Source of the DNA: Guillardia theta CCMP2712
Taxonomy: Eukaryota > Protista > Cryptophyta
NCBI RefSeq assembly: GCF_000315625.1
Contig: NW_005434512.1
Coordinates: 45,952-109,951, forward strand
Length of the DNA stretch: 64,000 nt
Direction of reading: 5' to 3'
The translations under genes and the position numbers were made by a program. The notes under the pieces are model-generated. The model made no database searches, was not told the DNA's origin, and worked only from the letters and a program-made list of their open reading frames with translations. Positions 56,657 through 64,000 of the stretch are shown piece after piece (the first letter of the stretch is position 1; every line of letters starts with the position of its first letter).

Positions 56657-59600
56657 ATGATGCTCGAGGGCAGCAGAAATCAAGTCACTCTTGTACGCGT
56701 GGATGAAACTCCTGATGTCTCCGAGGGCTCTCGCATTGATCGTTCAAGCAACTTGAACGATCATTCTCATTCTCTCTCTGTGCAGGAACTGTTCGAGCCC
56801 GATGTGCAGAAGAGGGTCCCACAGCTTCACTTGATGCAGGAGGCCACTGAGTTGTCAGGGCAGAAGCTGGGACCTTGCTTCGTCACCCTCAGCAATGTCA
56901 CCCTTGATGGTACCGCGGAGGTTTCACGGGAGCAATATCAGACGGTTGGATCAGCCTTGAAGTCAATGTTCGCTTCCATGCTGCTGCAGGAAGACAAGAC
57001 TTGCAAGAAGACTCTTCTCCATGGGGTCACGACTGCATTCGCTCCCGGGAGAATATGCCTCGTCCTTGGGCCCCCACAGGCGGGCAAGACGACGCTGCTG
57101 AAGCACATCGCCTCGCGCCTCGACAGCGACATCGACGTAAAGGGAGACACGCTCTTCAATGGTGTGAACCCCAGCCGCGACCTGCTGCCTCGTATCGTGT
57201 CTTACACGCCTCAGATCGACAACCACACGCCTGTCCTCACCGTCCGTCAAACTCTCAACTTCGCCTTCGATTGCACCATGGCATCGTTTGCTGGTCGACT
57301 TGCGCAGCAGGGCGGGTTGAAGCAATCGCATGACCAGAAAGGAAAGTTTGACATGCGCAACAAGGTCAATGTGCTCCTCACGTACTGTGGGCTCGAGGGT
57401 TGTCAAGACACGGTGGTGGGCGATGGAGTGCTGCGAGGGATCTCTGGTGGAGAGAAGCGGAGGCTGACGATCGCGGAGCAGCTGATCGGGGTGCCGATGG
57501 TTCACTGCATGGATGAGATCACGACTGGACTTGATTCGGCAGCAGCCACTGACATCGTTCGATCCCTCACAAACGCTTGTCATTCCTTCAACAACACAAC
57601 CATCGTCTCCCTCCTTCAACCCCCACCCGATGTCGTTCTCCTCTTCGACGAGGTGCTTGTGCTCGGAGGGGGAGGGTGTGTCGTCTACCATGGGCCAGTA
57701 GGCGCAGCTTTGACTTACTTCTGTGAGGAGATAGGATTTCTCTGCCCCCCTGGTCTTCCTCTTGCTGACTTTCTCGTTCGCGTCTGCGGTGAAGAAGCGT
57801 CGGAGCTCTGGCCCTCCCGGCACTGCAAGCCTCCTTCGTGCGAGGAGATGTCGGAGCGATGGAAGCGGTCGGAGATGTTTCGCCAGCACGTGCTTCCTCG
57901 CTTCCGTCAGGCTGCTGCGGTAGGAGAAGACGCGGCCACCAACCCCGTCAACCGCTTCCCGTGGAACGAGCCGTTCGCCTCCTCCTCTCTCAACCTCCTC
58001 AAGGCTTGCACGAAGCGGTCTGCGACGGTTCTGTTGAAGGACATGACGCTAGTGCGAGGGCTTCTCATGCAGCGACTGATGCAGTCAGTGATAGTGGGGA
58101 CCATCTTCTGGCAGACGAACAAGGATGCGCTCAAGATTCCCATGCTCTTCCTCCTCACCTCCCTCATGTCCATGAGCAACATGTACGTGGTCGACAACAC
58201 TGTGACCAGGCGTTCCATCTTCTACAAGCACCGAGACTCTGGTTTCTACCCCACGTGGATTTACGTCCTCGCCGAGTCGCTGGCGGAGTTTCCGTTGCAG
58301 GTGCTTGAAGTGATGATCGTGTCTCTCATCTGCTTCTTCTTCGTTGGCTTCTACCGGTCGACATTTGTTGTCTTTCTCTTCGCCCTCCTCCTCATCTCCC
58401 TCGCCTTCACTTCCGTCTTCAAGGCCATCGCCGCCAACGTCCGCGCGGCTTCAGGGGCTCAAGGGCTCGCCATCTCCTTCGCCGCTTTTTCAATGTGCTT
58501 CTCGGGCTACATAATCACGCACGACCACATCCCCGGCTACTTCGTCTGGATCTATTGGCTCGTCCCCACCCCCTGGATCCTCCGCGTCCTCACCGTCAAC
58601 GAGTTCTCCTCCCCCGGCCCTGACGGCCGCTACGACCAGCTGGTCCCTCAGCCCGGGTCCTCTCCCAAGCGACTGGGCAGCGTTTACCTGCAGTCGTTCG
58701 CGATCCAAGACGAGGAGTACTGGGTGGCGGCTGGCTTCATCTACCTCGCCGTCCTCATCCTCGTCTGCCAGTTCCTCTACGCACTGGGGCTTCAACATCG
58801 ACGCCTGGACTATGAACGTCCTGTGATGGTGATGGCGCGGAAGAGCAGAGGGATGAAAAGAGGAGAGGCGAAGCTGGACCCTCGTATGCAAGCCATGTTC
58901 GTGAGCACCTCAGCGTCTCAAGTCACCGATCGAGCCCTCCAGCTCCTCGCCTCCGTCTCTCCGCAGCCTCCGTCGGTCACCATCGCCCTCAAGCAGCTCT
59001 CGTATACTGTCGAGGTGGCGGCGCCGGCAGACTCCGGGCAGAAGAAGATGGAGAAGCGACTGATCAACGAGGTAGAGGCGCGCGTGTCCTGGCAGGTCTG
59101 ACGTGAGGGGCAGGTGGAGGCCTTGTTTGCTCCCGGCAGCGTCACTGCCCTCATGGGCTCGTCTGGTGCGGGCAAGACGACGCTCATGGACGTCATCGCC
59201 GGAAGGAAGACAGCTGGACGAGTCTCCGGCGACATCCTCGTCAACGGCCACAAGCTCGAGAGCACAAGCTTCGCTCGCATCAGCGGGTATGTGGAACAAA
59301 CAGACATCCATCTCCCTACGCAGACGGTGAGAGTTTACAGCTGTCGCGAACCTTACTGCAGCTGTCGCGTACCTTACTGCTCTTGCTTCTGCTCTCCTTC
59401 CTGTCCACTCCTCCCTGATTCCTTCTCTTCTCTTCCTCTTTGAACTCTTCTTCCCTTCTCCTCCTTCCTCTTCTTCCTCCCTCCTCGTCTTGATTCTGCT
59501 GCAGGTGCTCGAGGCCCTGCGCTTTTCAGCTCAGCATCGTTTGCCGCGAGAAATGGCGCGACAAGACAAGGACAAGGTGGTGGAGGCTGTGGTCGATCTC

Positions 59601-61199
59601 GTCGAGCTTCGCCCCCTGCTGGACATGACGATCGGAGGAAGTGCTAGCGGCCTCTCCCTGGAGCAGAAGAAGCGAGTGACGATCGGGGTAGAGATGGTGG
59701 CGAACCCCAGCATCCTCTTCCTCGACGAGCCCACGTCCGGCCTCGACGTTCGAGCAGCACGAGTGGTCATGACGGTCTTGCGTCGCATCGCGAGGAGCGG
59801 GAGGACGATTCTGTGCACGGTCCACCAGCCGTCGCAGGAGATCTTTTCCATGTTCGACCACCTGCTGCTGCTCAAGAAAGGCGGATGGGTCGTCTACAAC
59901 GGGGACTTGGGGCCAGCAGTGGAGGGGGATGAGCAGGAACGCTTCACTGCGAGAACCATGATTGACTACTTTCAAGCTGCCTCCTCCTCCATGTACCGGG
60001 ACGGCAGCAACCCAGCTGAGTACATGCTAGAGGTGATCGGAGCTGGGCTGGTGCAGGGGGAGGAGACGGTTGACTTCGTGCGCTTGTACGAGAGATCAGA
60101 GCAGGCGAGGAGGCTGCAAGAGACGATCGCCAGCCTGAGGGAGGGCGACAAGATCAAGTTCGCCTCCACCTTCGCCCTCAGCCTCCCCCAGCAACTTCGA
60201 CTCTCAGTCGCTCGCTGGTTGCAGTGCTACTGGCGCGATGTGGGCTACAGCTTGAATCGTCTGCTCACAGTCGTGGGCATCTCCTTCCTCTTCTCTCTCA
60301 ATGTCGTCGGCATGGATCTGAGCAGCGTCAGCAGTCAGTCCTCCCTGCAGTCCCTCAACGGAGTTGTCTTCGCCGGCCTCTTCTTCACCTCTGCCGTCCA
60401 GACCCTCATGAGCCTCCACGTCATCGGCAGCAGTCGCCTCGTCCTCAACCGCGAGCTCTCTTCCGCCATGTACGCTCCCTTCTCCTTCATCGCCGGCGTC
60501 ACCGTCGCTGAGATCCCCTACCTCCTCCTCGTCGTCGCCATCCACATGCTCGTCTTCTACCCAATCGTCGGCCTGTGGAGCTCAGCTGGGGATGTCGTCG
60601 TGTACGCGGTGACGCTCTTCCTCTTCGCCACCACCTTCTGCTTCTGGGGGCAGATGCTCGCCGCTATTCTCCCTAGCACTCAGACGGCTTCGCTGGTGGC
60701 AGGGCCGACGGTGGGGATCATGGTTCTCTTCTGCGGCTTCTTCATGCCTGTCTCCGTCATCCCCTGGCCCTGGAAGCTCTTCTACTACGTCTTCCCAGCT
60801 CGCTACGGCCTCAAGGCTGCCATGCCTCCTCAGTTCTACTGCAGCAGCAGCTGCGTGGCGGAGCGGCAGGGGCGCGAGCGGTTCAGTTGCGACAGCATGA
60901 GGATGCGGAACGTGAGCTCGTTGGCTGAGATGCCGTGGGGAGGGGAGGGACCTGGTTGCAGCCTCCTCTTCGACAGCACGCGGCAGGTGACGCAGAGCAA
61001 GGGAGGCGCGTGGGTGGAGGCGAACTTGGGGGCAGCAGGAGAAGTGCACAGGATGACGGTGTGGGACTACTGGAGCATCACGACAGAGTCGAACACGGAT
61101 GACGTACCTCTCTTCGTCTTGTACCTCGCGCTCTACGTCATCGGCTTCCGCTTCATCACCTTCCTCGCCCTCAAGTACCTCAGGCATGTCAAGCGATGA
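56657..61199 (+). CDS. Full-size ABCG (PDR-type) transporter, NBD-TMD-NBD-TMD
   Basis: NBD1 GPPQAGKTT / ISGGEKRR / [10 protein letters not shown]; NBD2 GSSGAGKTT / LSLEQKKR / [10 protein letters not shown]; two TM blocks. Introns at ~59072-59113 and ~59327-59504. Confidence 0.95.
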
Positions 61200-61382
61200 G
61201 CAGAGAAGTAGACAAGACAAGGCGACAAGATAAGGAGTGAAAAGAAGATGAGGAGTGAAAATAAGATAAGGAGTGACGATAAGATGAGGAGTGACGATAA
61301 GATAAAATATGATAGAAAGCTTCGTCATCTTTAGAACAAAAGTCTCCTCCTCTGTCTCGAGCTCTTCCCGCCTCCTCCTCGC

Positions 61383-62654
61383 TTATCTTGCTTCCAAGCA
61401 GCTCTCAGGCACGTCGGAGGTGACGGTAGCGACGCGCTTGGACAGCAGCTGGTCGTCTTCGGCTACCCCAGGAAAGACGTCAAGGAATTCGATGAGGAGG
61501 CGGTGGCTCCCTCGCTTCACTGCCGGCAGCAGGAACTCTTCCTGCACGTCCTCCTCCCCCGTCTTCATCACGAACTCACGCGCCTCGTACGTCATCGTCC
61601 CCTGCTGGTTGTAGAGCTGCAGCCGGATGGCGTAGGAGCAGCCACGAGAGGCGCCGACCACAGACACGAGGATGGGCCAGGAGCTGCAGGAGGTGAGGGG
61701 AGGGACGGCTGCTGTGCGGATCGTGACTAGCGCATCCTCGGGGTGACGTCGCTCGCCATGAATCTTTCGCATGCCGTCCAGGTCTCCCCCCCCTCCTCCT
61801 CCTCTCCGCAGATCCTCCATTATGATCTCTCCCCGCCACCTTGCCACGGTGCGCTTGCTCCCTCCTCCCTCGTCATCCGCTACTTCGCCTCCTCTTAGCG
61901 TCGCCTTGAGCATGTAGACCCCTCGCGGGCTGGGCGGCAAGCTGATGAAGTGGGACACTCCCTCGCCCTCCTTCTCCTCTACCCTCAGAGTCTCTCGTCG
62001 AGCGAGGAGGAACGTTCCTCTCCCCGCCACCTCCACCTCCAGCTCATAGGCCTCCCCCGCCACCAGCCCGAAGACTCGAAGCTCCAGAGTCTCCTCCTCC
62101 TCCTCCTGGTAGAACTTCCTGTACAGCGAGATCCCCGCGCTGCTTGCGTTCCCTTGGCTTCTCTTGGACGACCTCGCGTAGCTCGCGCTCTCGATGAGCG
62201 TCAGCGAGGAGGAGGAGGAGAAGACGCGAGGACCCTCGGCGTCGAGGAAGAAGACGAGCAGCCACACCGAGTAGACGCCTGCGGGCAAGGGAGGCGCATG
62301 GAAGCTGAACCAGCGTCTGCCGGTGGCGTTGGTGCTGGAGGCGTGCTGATCCTGCAGGTGGAGGAGAGCAAGGGAGGCATCGCGTATGCTCAGCTGCACG
62401 TCCAGCTGGTCGAGTCTGCGCGTCGCCTGCTGGTCGTGCTCGAGCTCAACGCCGGCCTGCACGAGGAAGCCTTCCTGCGCCTGGAGCCCCTCGGGAGCCT
62501 TCCACCAGCTCCTCGACTCGCAGGAGCCCCGGCAGAGGTCGAGAACCGCAGAGACGAGGAAAGTCTCCGTGCCGTTGAGGAGGAGGCAGCGCGACTGCCC
62601 GATGCCGAGCAGGAGGCAGAGGACAAGGAGCAGACGAGGAAAGCGACGAGCCAT
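61383..62654 (-). CDS. Secreted uncharacterised protein with probable Ig-like beta-sandwich repeats
   Basis: 423-aa ORF with a signal peptide (LLLVLCLLLGIG). Three segments end in G-x-Y/H-x-hydrophobic motifs. Confidence 0.65.
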   Translation of the reverse strand: MARRFPRLLLVLCLLLGIGQSRCLLLNGTETFLVSAVLDLCRGSCESRSWWKAPEGLQAQEGFLVQAGVELEHDQQATRRLDQLDVQLSIRDASLALLHLQDQHASSTNATGRRWFSFHAPPLPAGVYSVWLLVFFLDAEGPRVFSSSSSLTLIESASYARSSKRSQGNASSAGISLYRKFYQEEEEETLELRVFGLVAGEAYELEVEVAGRGTFLLARRETLRVEEKEGEGVSHFISLPPSPRGVYMLKATLRGGEVADDEGGGSKRTVARWRGEIIMEDLRRGGGGGGDLDGMRKIHGERRHPEDALVTIRTAAVPPLTSCSSWPILVSVVGASRGCSYAIRLQLYNQQGTMTYEAREFVMKTGEEDVQEEFLLPAVKRGSHRLLIEFLDVFPGVAEDDQLLSKRVATVTSDVPESCLEAR

Positions 62655-62909
62655 GCCGGTCTTCTGCTACGCGAGCATGTCACCTGCACTCTCAACGTTA
62701 GCCGCCCTCCCCTCCTCCCCCTTCCCGTCAAAAATGTCTGCCTCCATCCCTCTCGCTCTCCCTCCCTCTCTCTCTCCCTCTCTCTCTCGCTCTCGCTCTC
62801 CCTCCCCCTCTCCCTCTCCCTCTCCCTCTCCCTCTCCCTCTCCCTCTCCCTCTCCCTCTCCCTCCCTCTCCCCCCCCCTCCCCTCGCAGTCATTTTTTCG
62901 AGTGCCAAG

Positions 62910-64000
62910 CATGAGGGGTTTGTGCTTGGCCTCCGCAGGGTTGGCGGGACGAGTGACGGCGATGGCGACACTGATGAGCGGAGGAGGAGGACTGCAGGGA
63001 GGAGGTGGGACAAGCAAGGTAGAAGGAGGGGAGGAGAGAGAGAGAGAGAGGAGGGGCTGAGAAGTGAGGGCGGGGAGGGAGATGAGGGGAGGGCGGGTAG
63101 AAGAAGACGAGGGAGGAGGGAGGGAAGGAGGGAGGGGTGGGAGGAAGAGAAGGGAAGGAGACAGGGAAGGAGAAGGGAAGGAGAGATGAAGAAGAGGGGA
63201 AGCAGAGAAGAGAAGCGAGGGGGGAGGGGGACGGAGGAGCGGCTTCGTCTCAGCGTGTGTCAGGCTATTCGGCTTGAGAGCTTCTGCAAGAGGCAATGGC
63301 AGGAGGGATACAAGGGGCTGGTCATCCGCATGCCGCAAGAGGAACTCGAGCAGTGGGTTAACGAGCTGTAGGGAGAGAGAGGGAGGAGGACAAGGTTGAC
63401 TGAGCTGCAGGTTCGCCGCTGACCCCTCGGCACTGAGAGAGGGCTATGCTCCTTTCTGCAAGCACCTGTATGCCGGCAGAGCTTGCTTTCTCCTCTCACT
63501 CCTCGCAGGTTCGTCCCCTGCTTCCTCCCCGGGGCCAAAGCAGAGGCTGTGCCCATCACCGACGACAACCGCCACCTCCTCCGCAGCGAGTACCAAGCTC
63601 GCACAGCTGACGAGCTGCCGGTAGAGCCCGAGGGCTGATGGGGCGAGGAGACTGAGGGAGAGCGGGAGGAAAGGCGAGAAGACAGAGGAGGGAGAGGGGC
63701 GGAAGATGTGGATGTAGATGCAGCAGCTGTAGATGTAGAAGTTGTAGATGTGAATGTAGGGAGTAGATGTACACTAGTTACACTCGTCTGCACTAGTTGT
63801 GATGATGTTCAGGTGCTTGTGCGCTGGTTCCCTCAAAAGGCAGTGGAGGCGCCTGACGCCACGTTTCTCGACCTGATCCTCTACTCGCGCGAGCAGATCA
63901 TCAAAGAGACAGAGGTCACTCCTGCTGCTGCTGGGAAAGATCTGACGAGACACAGGCAATGGGGAAAGACGTGAAGGAGGCGATGGATGACGCTCCTTGG
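62910..64000 (+). CDS. DUF3228-family protein, runs off the window
   Basis: Spliced ITDDNRHLLRSEYQARTADELP|VLVRWFPQK...FLDLILYSREQIIKE, the characteristic DUF3228 pattern. Confidence 0.75.

Noticed and set aside
1-64000. tRNA or rRNA genes
   Set aside because: None recognised by eye; a tRNAscan-SE/Infernal run would be needed to exclude them.

Overview
Eukaryotic, intron-rich, GC-rich nuclear DNA. Short GT-AG introns, an RWP-RK gene, EsV-1-7 repeats, a plant-type PDR transporter and a TTTAGGG repeat point to an alga, most likely a cryptophyte such as Guillardia (inference). About 16 spliced genes are visible: an Nnf1/PMF1-like kinetochore protein, an FHA+EML WD40 protein, an EsV-1-7 Cys-repeat protein, a BAR-RhoGAP, PITH, RWP-RK, MORN, a PKD2-like channel with CUB, EF-hand and C2 domains, a full-size ABCG/PDR transporter, DUF3228 and several orphans. 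The standout is ~43.7-55.9 kb, a mosaic built from a CRE/SLACS-like non-LTR retrotransposon with a restriction-like endonuclease. Its exact 3' terminus (...CTGCCAGTAAATCC) recurs at least 17 times in both orientations. These copies are joined to internal fragments, fold-back junctions, an inverted copy of the left flank, a poly(A) tract, an inserted telomeric repeat and foreign-looking coding snippets. Five N gaps lie in this region, so misassembly is not excluded. A second recurring pattern is non-repetitive G/C-run 'patchwork' islands in intergenic, mostly divergent-promoter, regions. Exon boundaries were read by eye and are approximate.
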